From a virus (taxonomy: Duplodnaviria; Heunggongvirae; Uroviricota; Caudoviricetes), in the IMG/VR virus record IMGVR_UViG_3300012359_000001, positions 38,417-102,416 of that record: a stretch of 64,000 nucleotides of DNA; one strand, given 5' to 3'. Below are positions 54,271 to 63,462 of this stretch, one piece after another. A program made the translations under genes and the position numbers. The notes under the pieces are model-generated. The model had not been told where the DNA came from and did not search any database. It worked only from the letters and a program-made list of their open reading frames with translations. The first letter of the stretch is position 1. Each line of letters starts with the position of its first letter.

Positions 54271-54899
54271 TGTTACTCGTCTTCATCAGTATTGCGTTCA
54301 AAGTACGATGGTACTGACTCGAATTGATCGACATGATGGAGCCAGAGCAAGTATTGTTGCTGTTCTGTCATGGCGTCAATTCGTTGCAATTCGTACTCTT
54401 CATCCAACGTTGTGCTGTCTTCAGTGTAGGGAGGCATTAGAGTACCCTCCCATGATAGATGTTATCAGCGTCTTCAGCAGACACTAGACCTTCGTTGTAG
54501 AAGTCGCCCAACAAGGCCACTTCTACAACATCCTCTTTACAGGGACATGCAGGATCAGTACAAAACTGATGCTCGCTATGGTCATCTGGATTACTGGCAG
54601 GTTCGTAGTCCATGTGCTATTATTCTCCTGAATAGTCTATGCGTACGGTTTACGGATTATTCAAAAGAGGCGCAAGAAATTAGCCCTTTCTGCGCCTCTT
54701 GCCACAAAGAGATACATCCTCATCAATCAAGCAAACTCCCGTATTTTTGATGCTTCATTGTTGCATGCAACTACGTCAAAGTAGGCATACCATGAATAGG
54801 GTGGGAGTTGCTGATGCGGTATCCCTCACGCAGACATTCTCTTGCGAAAGCGCCTGAGTCAAGGAGCGGCGCAATGGGCACGCCGCATACCCTTTTCGA

Positions 54900-55091
54900 C
54901 TAAGTGGAAGAGACGAAATCTACCTCTACCCATTGCGGATTGAGATGGATTGACTTTCCTTGATGATCAAAAACGAGCCAGATCAATCCATCAGCCTCAT
55001 ATATACCCTCTTCGTTGCGGACAATGGTTGCCGTCTCTCCTTCGTAGAGTTCTCGACTGCCGACGATCTGTACACGCTGTCCAGGTTCCAT
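54900..55091 (-). CDS. Hypothetical small protein
   Basis: 63-aa ORF. Confidence 0.3.
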   Translation of the reverse strand: MEPGQRVQIVGSRELYEGETATIVRNEEGIYEADGLIWLVFDHQGKSIHLNPQWVEVDFVSST

Positions 55092-55178
55092 GTATTCGCC
55101 CTTTCTTGTAGCGGATTATGCCGCCTTTCGCCTCAATCGTTTCCTTTTGTTGATTGAAACGCTTTTGACGGCGCGAAT

Positions 55179-55385
55179 TCATAACTTCGCGTAATATTCA
55201 ATCGCCTGGGGGATCGCGGCGGCGTTGATCTCGCTCACGTCTCCACCGTCTGAACGCACCTGATTGATGATGCCGAGTAGCCGTTGCAGGCTTGTTACAT
55301 CGCTTGATCCATTGATGAGATCAGCCAAAAACAAAGCGGTGTTACGATTGACTGCATCCTGAAACGCTTCAGTGGTTGTATCCAT
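55179..55385 (-). CDS. Hypothetical small protein
   Basis: 68-aa ORF. Confidence 0.3.
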   Translation of the reverse strand: MDTTTEAFQDAVNRNTALFLADLINGSSDVTSLQRLLGIINQVRSDGGDVSEINAAAIPQAIEYYAKL

Positions 55386-55965
55386 GTGTTTATTTTCCTT
55401 TTCCTATTTCGAGAGAAGGTCTCTCGTCTCCACTCACTGTTGCCAATGAGCAAGGACGAGAGAGCAGATCGTTACAACCTGCCCACTCGAAAATCTATGT
55501 GTTCCATACAAGCTCACTAGGCTTTATGGCTTGCATCCATACATCGGCGTTCTACTTACCACAGTGCCGATCTGAACCGTGAATGTTGCGGCGGTATGAT
55601 CCCATTTCTCTACCCATTTCAAGGCTACCCATTGCCGTCCCACGGATAGGTATGCCGATGCGTTCAATTAGCCGTTACAATCCTCATCGTAACAGGTCGC
55701 ATCTAGCAGGAAATAGTGCTTGTCTATCAGGGTTCCCGTAGGAAGTCGTGTGATTGTTCATAACCCCGATATGGTATTCAGTTGGTAAGGTGCAACTGAG
55801 GAGAAGCGGGAGCTGTCTGCGACTTGATGCCTAGTAAAGCCTATCTTGCGATGACTTTCAAATCTCCTCAGTGAACTTGATACTATTTAATTATGTATCT
55901 TGAGTCCGTTAAAAGTCAAGTGATTTATGACGAAATTTATCATATAACAGAAAATACACAGGAAA

Positions 55966-55983
55966 GACCTTGTAAATTTACAA
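55966..55983. promoter_or_regulatory. Perfect 18-bp palindrome CCTTGTAAATTTACAAGG upstream of the GntR-family gene (GntR-box-like operator)
   Basis: Sequence read directly. It lies about 70 nt upstream of the ATG at 56056. GntR operators are typically GT-N-AC palindromes. Confidence 0.5.
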
Positions 55984-56055
55984 GGGAACAGTTATGATAT
56001 AAAGAGTCAATGAGTTTATCAGCAAATTTCGTCACAGAAATAGAGGAGCAAGAAT

Positions 56056-56772
56056 ATGCCAGTAGGAAAATACGTTGCATTAGCAACTGAATTAGAGAAA
56101 GATATCCACTCTGGAAAATATGGTCAAGAAGGTGGCTTGCCAAGTGTTATTGAATTGGCCGAGAAGTGGGGAGCGGCTATCAATACGGTGAAAAGTTCGC
56201 TGGCACTCTTAGAGGGTAAGGGTATCATCGAAAAGCGAGGAAGCAACTACTACGTCAACAAGATTGATATTGTCATGACGCGGCATGTGCCTGCCGCAAC
56301 TGCACGTCTGCCGCGTGGTTCCTTTTGTAGAAATATCAGTGACGTGACCGTAGATGCCTTCCCCTCCTACCTTGTAGTAAAGATAGATGCTTCCTCTCCT
56401 GGGCAGGCACCACACCGTACACAGGTTTCAGGAGAGTTCGTTGACGGAAAAGAGCGACCAATCATGGTCGCTTCCCGTTACTACCTTCTTGCGCTTACCC
56501 CTGAGCAGGTCAACCGACTAGAGGATGCAACTTATGATCCAATGTGGGATGAGTCTGATGTGCCAGTTAGTCTAGTAGCACATAATATATCGTGCGCACG
56601 ACTAGCCACAGAAGAGGAGAGAACCTTGCTTCATCTCCCTAATCCATCTGCTGTTACCAATCTCTTTGAGGCAATCTATGATGCGCAAGGCAATGTACTC
56701 ATGGCTCAAGAGGTCGTAGTGTCTCCTGCATACGACCTCCATCATAGATACCCATTCATGAACCGCCCGTAA
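56056..56772 (+). CDS. GntR/HutC-family transcriptional regulator (second copy)
   Basis: N-terminal GntR HTH (LPSVIELAEKWGAAINTVKSSLALLEGKGII) plus a UTRA-like C-terminal domain. Confidence 0.7.
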   Translation: MPVGKYVALATELEKDIHSGKYGQEGGLPSVIELAEKWGAAINTVKSSLALLEGKGIIEKRGSNYYVNKIDIVMTRHVPAATARLPRGSFCRNISDVTVDAFPSYLVVKIDASSPGQAPHRTQVSGEFVDGKERPIMVASRYYLLALTPEQVNRLEDATYDPMWDESDVPVSLVAHNISCARLATEEERTLLHLPNPSAVTNLFEAIYDAQGNVLMAQEVVVSPAYDLHHRYPFMNRP

Positions 56773-56904
56773 AGGGTACAGCGATAGATTGACAAATGGA
56801 CATTCAGCAATTGAGGTAGTTTCCGGACTGCCTCTTTTTTGTTGACCTGACTCTTGTGTCATATCACTGGTAGGTTGCCATAGTCAGGTCTGCCGTTTTC
56901 GTAT

Positions 56905-57004
56905 ACAAGATGCAGCTTTTCACCAATTGATGAGGTTATCGACAGGTTGTCAAGGGAAAGCTGTCGATAACCTCATCAATTTATAGCACAAGATGCAGCT
57001 TTTC
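56905..57004. repeat. Composite element: 17-bp direct repeats flanking a 21-bp perfect inverted repeat
   Basis: DR ACAAGATGCAGCTTTTC at 56905-56921 and 56988-57004. IR AATTGATGAGGTTATCGACAG 56925-56945 and its reverse complement at 56961-56981 (15-nt spacer). Confidence 0.85.
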
Positions 57005-57101
57005 TGAAAAACCTGGATTTTAGGAAACGGTCGGGGTATACTAAGAAAAATAGCTGCATTTTGCAATACGGGAAGTGCCAGCTTTACAAGGAAGGTCCGG
57101 C

Positions 57102-57620
57102 ATGAGTAGACAAAAGAGTGAGTGGCCCGATAAAACGGAAGTGCCAGAAAGCCAGTATGTTACCGTTACGATGATATCACGGCGTACAGGACTTTCAAGG
57201 GCAATTATAAGAGGAACTATAGAACGCGGTGAGTTATCAGGGGTAAAAGTATCATCAAAGTACAATAGTAGCGGATTTGAGTGGAATGTACGATTAGAGG
57301 ATGCAGAGACATACATACAAAAGCTGGCGCTTGAAGCTGGCGATTTTCCTCAAGAGGCAGAGGAACCACCTGAAAAGCTGGCGCTCGAAGAGGAAAAGCT
57401 GGCGCTCCCTGAAAATGTGTCTCCTCGACTCCTCGGCACACCTGAAGAGTGTGGTTGCTGCGGACTAGATACCGGAAATATCTTAGGTGATATCAACGGG
57501 CTTACGCGTGAACAGTACGGCTATCTTTGCCATAAGTGCTACAAACTGGTACAGATGTTTCATGCAGATACGCAACGCATGGAAAAGGTGCTTGCTTATT
57601 TGAAGATAACACGAAAATAG
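57102..57620 (+). CDS. Hypothetical DNA-binding protein (N-terminal HTH-like, C-terminal Cys cluster)
   Basis: VTVTMISRRTGLSRAIIRGTIERGEL is HTH-like. The C-terminus has CGCCGLD...LCHKCYKL. Start set at MSRQKSEW. Confidence 0.35.
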   Translation: MSRQKSEWPDKTEVPESQYVTVTMISRRTGLSRAIIRGTIERGELSGVKVSSKYNSSGFEWNVRLEDAETYIQKLALEAGDFPQEAEEPPEKLALEEEKLALPENVSPRLLGTPEECGCCGLDTGNILGDINGLTREQYGYLCHKCYKLVQMFHADTQRMEKVLAYLKITRK

Positions 57621-57714
57621 ACCTCCTATGCGGCAAACACGAGAGGTCTTTCCTGGTGTAGGAACCATGTTCATTGTACCAACCAGACAATGAATACAAT
57701 CAAAAGGAAATGGA

Positions 57715-58800
57715 ATGAAGACAAGTAAGAAGAAGTGGAACGAACCATCAACACCGGTCATGCCTCAGCAGCAAAATGCGTGGCATCCGGTAACAGTTCG
57801 AGAACTAAGAGAGCAACGGGAGCGTTTTAATATCGATCCTCCTTTTCAACGGAAACAAGCATGGAACCGTCGGCAATGTCAGCAACTCTATGAGACGATG
57901 TTCCAGGGACGACCGATAGGGACACTTGAAGGGTATCGTGAGAATACAGCGATGGAGGGCGGAACCGTCTTTGGTATTATTGATGGACACCAGCGCATTA
58001 CGGCTATTCTGCGCTTCGTTGATAACAATATTAAAACCTGGACGTATCCTCAAAAGTTGCAACTCTTCCCAGGTTCCGAAGCGCCGAAACAGCCTGGACG
58101 ATTTTTCAGAGATCTCGATGTGAATGCAAGGAACTACTTTCTTGACTATCGGGTGGATATCAACCTTATCCCAAAGATGACTGACCACGAATTAGTTGAA
58201 CGGTTCCTTGAGATACAGTGTCATGTGCCGCTCTCGCCTGCTGAACGATTGTATGCCTATCCTAGTAAAGCGAAGGAACTAGCAAAGCGGATCGGCTCAC
58301 ACTTACTTTGGGATGGGTTCTATGCAGGAGAACGGCATAGAGGACAGGTTTTTCAAAGTTGCCTCTGTCTTCTGGCAATTGAACTGCAAGGCGGTATTGC
58401 CGATCTACGAGGTCAAAGCGTGTACATCAATAGCCTTGCGTGCGGGAAGCGTGACGATGAGATTACAACCACAGTAGAGCAGAGAGTGAGAGGGCATTTG
58501 GATGAGGTGTGTTTACTCTTTTCAGGGATGCAGTTCACTGACAGGATAGCCAGCGTGGTCATGTATCAAGCTGTGATGAAGTTGAAAGAGTGCGGATATC
58601 AAATAAAAACAACCGATCGCGGGAAACTGACAACCTGGATACTGAACATCATCAATGAGTCAAAGCAGGTAATGGGGATACCTGTCTATAACCAGCCAAT
58701 CCAACGCCTCCTTTACGCTTCATCTCAAAAAGTATTCTGGGAACATAACCTGAAAGTGGTGTTGCGGCTAATGGATATACCTGAATCGCAAGAGGGATAA
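57715..58800 (+). CDS. DUF262 (ParB-like, GmrSD N-terminal type) domain protein lacking an HNH/DUF1524 domain
   Basis: FQRKQAWNRRQCQQLYETMFQGRPIGTL...VFGIIDGHQRITAIL matches the DUF262 pattern (DGQQR with His). No His-Me nuclease motif in the C-terminal 200 aa. Confidence 0.55.
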   Translation: MKTSKKKWNEPSTPVMPQQQNAWHPVTVRELREQRERFNIDPPFQRKQAWNRRQCQQLYETMFQGRPIGTLEGYRENTAMEGGTVFGIIDGHQRITAILRFVDNNIKTWTYPQKLQLFPGSEAPKQPGRFFRDLDVNARNYFLDYRVDINLIPKMTDHELVERFLEIQCHVPLSPAERLYAYPSKAKELAKRIGSHLLWDGFYAGERHRGQVFQSCLCLLAIELQGGIADLRGQSVYINSLACGKRDDEITTTVEQRVRGHLDEVCLLFSGMQFTDRIASVVMYQAVMKLKECGYQIKTTDRGKLTTWILNIINESKQVMGIPVYNQPIQRLLYASSQKVFWEHNLKVVLRLMDIPESQEG

Positions 58801-58940
58801 TCACCGGGGAGCGACGTTACGTCGCTCCCCTTCTCTTTTTGCCAATTATCAAATCATCAACGCTTGTTTCTTGTATATTGATACTCTTCAATATATGCTT
58901 GATGCATAACCATTGTTCAGGTATTGAGGAGGATACGAGT

Positions 58941-59108
58941 ATGTTTGTCGATGGATACGTTCTACTGACTATTTCGATTATGGCGTTCTGGTTTCTTGTG
59001 TGGGGGTATACCTGGATATTTTACCCATGTAAATGTCAATGCGGGAAAAGGATATGGACGCGTCGGGCCATGAAGAAACATTTGGCAACGAAGCATATTT
59101 GGGATTGA
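58941..59108 (+). CDS. Small membrane-anchored protein with a C-terminal C2H2-like motif (paralog A)
   Basis: TM LLTISIMAFWFLVWGYTWIF followed by CKCQCGKRIWTRRAMKKHLATKH. GAGGAGGA RBS. Confidence 0.4.
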   Translation: MFVDGYVLLTISIMAFWFLVWGYTWIFYPCKCQCGKRIWTRRAMKKHLATKHIWD

Positions 59109-59117
59109 CCTGCACCA

Positions 59118-59435
59118 ATGCTACCCTCTCTCTCATCGTGCTATGAGCCTGCTACGGCGTGGCATTATTTTGTGCTAGGCATTTTGCCTCTCTCCATCAG
59201 TACAGGCGGTGTGTTGCCTGTTATGTGTCGTGCAATGAGCAGTGTGTATCATGGAAGTATGCTACTCACCATTCTGCAATATCTCATCGATACTATAGCG
59301 CTTATCTCCATGTGGTACTGGATACGCCGCTTGTTCAGACCGTTTCGCTGTGGCTGTGGAATGACCTTCTGGACGGTCAAACGGGCGCTTATCCACATGG
59401 GGACGACACACCGCTATACCCCTGAACAGCATTAG
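59118..59435 (+). CDS. Small membrane protein with a C-terminal C2H2-like motif (paralog B)
   Basis: TM segments followed by RCGCGMTFWTVKRALIHMGTTH, which parallels paralog A. Confidence 0.4.
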   Translation: MLPSLSSCYEPATAWHYFVLGILPLSISTGGVLPVMCRAMSSVYHGSMLLTILQYLIDTIALISMWYWIRRLFRPFRCGCGMTFWTVKRALIHMGTTHRYTPEQH

Positions 59436-59623
59436 CACCTCCCTCCAATACGAATATTCCCATGAAAAACTGGCGTCAAACCTGCTAAAAGCCTTGACTT
59501 ATTGTTGGAAGAGTGGTATTATTAATACATAGAAGAGAGTACATGGTAAATGACGTCGGAGGGCAAAACCTGCTCACTTCGGACGTCATTTACCAGTACA
59601 AGAGCGAGAGAAAAGGAAACGAA

Positions 59624-59984
59624 GATGACAACTACAAAAACCTGCACACGTTGCAACGGAACTGGCACATACAGTTTCAACTTGAAAGATGGCACCGTTT
59701 GCTACGGATGTAGCGGGTCTGGTGTGGTTGCAGTGACCTCCAAAGGGAAGAAAATCAAAGCGACTAGCACGCTTCGTAATGCACAGATCGGGGATACGAT
59801 TGAGGCAGGCAACATTTACGAAGTAATCTCTATCGCCGATGTCGTTGACCCCAAAGCTGGCTCTACTGATATTGCTGATATTCTCAATCATACCCCTTAC
59901 AATCAACAGGTCATCGGTAAGAATATCGTTTCAGGGAAGTACGCGAAGTTCTATCGCTACTCCTCACAACAGGAGGTGAAATGA
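59624..59984 (+). CDS. Hypothetical protein with an N-terminal zinc-ribbon (CxxCxGxG x2)
   Basis: CTRCNGTG...CYGCSGSG. Confidence 0.4.
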
Positions 59985-60244
59985 ACCTTGACCACTACGC
60001 TGATCTGACGGACTCGGTAGGAGCTGCAAGCATCCTGGCTAGAAAGTTTGGCGGTTCCTACTCAGTAGAAGCGTTGCGGCAACTGGTAAAGAATGACAGG
60101 ATCAGGTGTTTGATTTTCGAGGGCGGCGTACTTACTGAGAGGCATCCAGGCAAGAATACCAGGGGAAGAGATGTATTCTTTCTCAGGAGTGACATAGAGG
60201 CGTTAGAGCGTCCCAGGCGAGGACGACCGGAAAAGCAAGTATAG
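59981..60244 (+). CDS. Small HTH protein (excisionase/AlpA-like candidate)
   Basis: DSVGAASILARKFGGSYSVEALRQLVKNDRI is an HTH. Basic C-terminus RRGRPEKQV. Confidence 0.35.
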   Translation: MNLDHYADLTDSVGAASILARKFGGSYSVEALRQLVKNDRIRCLIFEGGVLTERHPGKNTRGRDVFFLRSDIEALERPRRGRPEKQV

Positions 60245-60260
60245 CAATTGGCAAGTATCA

Positions 60261-60292
60261 GGAGTGGGATAACAACCCACTCCTTTTTGTGT
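60261..60292 (+). terminator. Rho-independent terminator
   Basis: GGAGTGGG, loop ataacaa, CCCACTCC, then TTTTTGTGT. Confidence 0.65.
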
Positions 60293-60343
60293 ACCTTGCA
60301 AAGAATACTAGTATCTGCCTGCTATACTAGTCTCAGATGCACA

Positions 60344-60667
60344 ATGGACGAGAGGAGATATTTTATATTGACTCAAGATCAAATCATGTACCTTCTCATT
60401 CTCCTGAGCACGCTCTTGTCCTGTTCCCTCTTGCAAATCTATCAGACGGAAAAGCAACTTGACTGCCTGATAGAGCGGCAGAAAGAACTACAACGCTTGC
60501 TCACACCACTGGATGAATATATACGTTATTGTGAAGCAGTGGAAGAAGAGTATAGCGATGAAGGGTTTGAGGAGTATCTCCTTGAGCGAGGTCTATCTTT
60601 ACCTGTATGGAGATATGCACTCATGAATTATAGAGTTACTGTTGAAAGTGGAAGGGAATCATCATGA
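60344..60667 (+). CDS. Hypothetical membrane-anchored protein
   Basis: Start at MDERRYF. TM segment MYLLILLSTLLSCSLL. Confidence 0.35.
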   Translation: MDERRYFILTQDQIMYLLILLSTLLSCSLLQIYQTEKQLDCLIERQKELQRLLTPLDEYIRYCEAVEEEYSDEGFEEYLLERGLSLPVWRYALMNYRVTVESGRESS

Positions 60668-61137
60668 AATCAACTGAGCAAGAAGAAATTAAGCAATTCG
60701 TGGAAAAGTTTGGTCCTGGTGCAAGAACTTGGCAAGAGCAACAAATATGCCGTATGCTCCAACTTGGCATCTCTCCACCGCACCATCTGGAAATGCGGGT
60801 GAGAGTGGAAAAGGGGGATCTCTTTGAGATGGTACAGGATGCAGCAAACTTGTTCCTCTCCACTTTTTACCTGTATCCAACTTCTATCGCGCTTCATCCA
60901 ACGGTTGCATCCTTGATGGAGGTAGCAGAAAAGACGGTTACGGCCACGCTACGCAACACTGCAAGCGACTTCACTGAGAAACTGCTAGGGAAGGGTTTCA
61001 CGGCGCGGTCTATTCACATCGAGAAGGATGATAGTCTGCAACTATACGAGTGTGCTGTGCGCTTCTCTTTTGACGTTGATAAGAACATTGATACTATTTG
61101 CGATGTCATCATGCGTTCCCTGGAAAACATGCAATGA
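60664..61137 (+). CDS. Hypothetical protein
   Basis: 157-aa ORF. Confidence 0.35.
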   Translation: MKSTEQEEIKQFVEKFGPGARTWQEQQICRMLQLGISPPHHLEMRVRVEKGDLFEMVQDAANLFLSTFYLYPTSIALHPTVASLMEVAEKTVTATLRNTASDFTEKLLGKGFTARSIHIEKDDSLQLYECAVRFSFDVDKNIDTICDVIMRSLENMQ

Positions 61138-61278
61138 TCTCCTTCAATCCTACATGCTACGTAGACACACAGAGAAGCCTGTAGGTCAGGGTGATGATAC
61201 AATGCTCTATTATATCAATCAAGATACGATAACAGGTGCTAGTGCGCGTCTATAGCACAGAAAGTAGGGTGCAGAGAA

Positions 61279-61562
61279 TGGCAATCAGTGTTTGCTCAGG
61301 GTGCAATGAAGTATTCAACTCGGTGGGAGCGTTTGACCTGCACAGAGTCGGTACATATAGCCGATTGCTGTACAGGGAACGAGCTGATGGGACATTGAGT
61401 AGATCTGTTATTGGTCGCTCTACCTTTGCACGACGTTGCCTTTCGTCAGGGGAGATGCTGGAGAACGGGATGCTCAGGAACGAACGGGGCAGATGGATCG
61501 GACAAGAATACAACGGACCTGCCTACAAAAAGAAAGTGGAGGAGAATCATGTCAGAACTTGA
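61279..61562 (+). CDS. Hypothetical protein with an N-terminal CxxC
   Basis: Start at MAISVCSGCNEVF. Confidence 0.3.
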
Positions 61563-61815
61563 AGAAGATATTCTTGCAACATTACGATGCATTGTGAACG
61601 CTATCTTACCTGTCTTGCAACAAGCCTATAGTGCCTGTTATCTGGTGTATCGTGATACCGGTATGCCCTATGGAGATACGTTTGATGGATGTATGCAATG
61701 GGTACGTGAGATGCTACAACGCGATGGTAATGAGCAAGAGATTGAACGGATACGGCAATTGTATGAGGCAATAAGGGGTATACAGAAAGTGGAGGAGGAA
61801 GTCACACATGGATGA
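61549..61815 (+). CDS. Hypothetical protein
   Basis: Start at MSELEEDIL after a GTGGAGGAG RBS. Confidence 0.35.
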   Translation: MSELEEDILATLRCIVNAILPVLQQAYSACYLVYRDTGMPYGDTFDGCMQWVREMLQRDGNEQEIERIRQLYEAIRGIQKVEEEVTHG

Positions 61816-62011
61816 AACAATAGAGCATTCACACGAGATGCAAGATCTACACAATGAGGCAATCAATACCGTCTATCGGTTTATTGCGATAGACACCAGT
61901 CATATCATCGGACCTGATGCGCTTTTCCATTTGGGTTTGTATTTTGCTGGTGTTCAAGGGTTGATTAGGAAAAGTAGTGAAGGGCGATATGGGAACAAAA
62001 GAAACCTATAG
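61808..62011 (+). CDS. Hypothetical protein
   Basis: 67-aa ORF. Confidence 0.3.
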   Translation: MDETIEHSHEMQDLHNEAINTVYRFIAIDTSHIIGPDALFHLGLYFAGVQGLIRKSSEGRYGNKRNL

Positions 62012-62792
62012 CATTGTGGAGGCTGCCATGTATCTGGGCCTCACTGAAGGGAACACGAAACCAATCTACGCAGCAATCTATGCCAACAAGATACTCGCGG
62101 TAAAAGAGAACGTAGGCGGGAAAATAGTCTGGGTGATCGATGGAGAAAGCTTAGCTGAGTACAAATCACAGTTAGGAAACGGGCCACGCAAGAAGCCTGC
62201 TGAAGTCGCTGTACAGGAGAAGCAACCGGTACCAGTAGCGCATCCTGTCCGAAGAGAGGCACCCGATGATAGTACCTTGCTCCCTCGTGCTATCACCTCA
62301 CTCTTTCAATTCTTGTCTGACCACCATCTATCCAACGATGTGCGATCGATACAGAAAGTAGTAGAACACTTGCATATCTGGGAAGTACAAACGGCAAACA
62401 CGCCTGTACAAATTGTCATTGCAGGTGAACGCGTAACCGTCCTGGCAGATGAGTACCAACGAGAGTTAGAGGCACAGGTGCAGGAGTTGAGAAGCCACCT
62501 GAGAGAAGCAGAGACGCGCCTGTCCTACTATACACGCAAGGCACAGGAGCGAGTGTTGACTGAGTATCACTATCCCCTCACGGTCCTTGTGGAGTCACAC
62601 GTTGATGGTTTTCTGGTATGGTCCAAACAGTTTCCCTTTGCCGCAAGGGGGCAAACAGAGGGGGAAGCGTTGGCCGCATTCAGAAGGATGATCTGGGGCT
62701 ACGCATCCTGGCTACGCACGCATGAGAGAGAGTTAGCGAATGGGATGCGAGAGCAATTTGGAATGCTCAAGAATTTGCTCGTTGAAGATTAA
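61989..62792 (+). CDS. HTH protein with a central coiled region and a C-terminal HicB-like (UPF0150-type) domain
   Basis: SIVEAAMYLGLTEGNTKPIYAAI is HTH-like. The C-terminus YHYPLTVLVESHVDGFLVWSKQFPFAARGQTEGEALAAFRRMIWGYASWL resembles HicB-family antitoxin folds. Confidence 0.4.
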   Translation: MGTKETYSIVEAAMYLGLTEGNTKPIYAAIYANKILAVKENVGGKIVWVIDGESLAEYKSQLGNGPRKKPAEVAVQEKQPVPVAHPVRREAPDDSTLLPRAITSLFQFLSDHHLSNDVRSIQKVVEHLHIWEVQTANTPVQIVIAGERVTVLADEYQRELEAQVQELRSHLREAETRLSYYTRKAQERVLTEYHYPLTVLVESHVDGFLVWSKQFPFAARGQTEGEALAAFRRMIWGYASWLRTHERELANGMREQFGMLKNLLVED

Positions 62793-62793
62793 C

Positions 62794-62865
62794 CTACCCT
62801 TGATGCCATACATAATCCACTGTGTGTATGTCCGTACTTCCTTCAACAATTGGCATCAAGGGTAG
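62794..62865. repeat. 15-bp perfect inverted repeat with a 42-nt loop between convergent genes
   Basis: CTACCCTTGATGCCA at 62794-62808 and TGGCATCAAGGGTAG at 62851-62865. Confidence 0.8.
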
Positions 62866-62871
62866 TTACTG

Positions 62872-63054
62872 CTACCAGCGGTGGCGTCTGTGATGGCGGT
62901 GGCGTCTTCTATGACGCCCGTACTCGTCGTAATCCCAATACCATCCATCGTCGTCGTCCCAATCGTCGTCTCCCCAATCACGACGATACCCGCCTGTAAC
63001 TTGAGCCAGTTCTGTATCGCTTAACTCAAGCATTTCATATGTTTCTTCCATCAT
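62872..63054 (-). CDS. Double-glycine-leader precursor peptide (bacteriocin/RiPP-like) with an unusual bipartite core
   Basis: MMEETYEMLELSDTELAQVTGG | YRRDWGDDDWDDDDGWYWDYDEYGRHRRRHRHHRRHRW. The leader fits the L(-12), E(-8), L(-7), V(-4), GG consensus. AAGGAGAAA RBS. Confidence 0.55.
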   Translation of the reverse strand: MMEETYEMLELSDTELAQVTGGYRRDWGDDDWDDDDGWYWDYDEYGRHRRRHRHHRRHRW

Positions 63055-63462
63055 TTTCTCCTTTTCAAAGTGGGGGATTCTCCTCTTCTCTTCTATTAGG
63101 AATGGAAAGGAAGAATCCCGTCTCAGGTATTCGCTGTCTCTTTTCGAGACTCCTTATAGCATACACAGCCATATGCCAAATGTCCATTGAGCATCTGTCA
63201 ATTTATGAATAAGACGCCCACAACGACGGTACGCATCCTGTAATCCTGGGGTGTTCTTCTGTATGATCTGCAATGAAGGAGGCTGTATTGTGGCTGTCAG
63301 ACGGTTATCCTTGTGCTGTAAGCCAACAGAGGCTTACACGTCTCTTTTATGAGACATCAAACTTCTTTGTCTTTCTCTTGCCAGTGAAGCACGGTCAACC
63401 TCGAACGTTCCGTGTTGAGGCAAGTGTTTGTGTCTGTGCATTCAAGCGTAAGGTAGCGACAA

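Noticed and set aside
54272-54610. Two unlisted acidic minus-strand ORFs of 57-58 aa (54272-54445 and 54440-54613)
   Set aside because: They are plausible small genes in the operon. They are under 60 aa with weak start contexts and no recognisable motif, so they are not reported as features.
55600-55830. A possible tRNA in the large intergenic region (AGTTGGTAA-like D-loop string)
   Set aside because: No acceptor stem, T-loop (GTTCRANYC) or CCA-compatible 3' end could be assembled.
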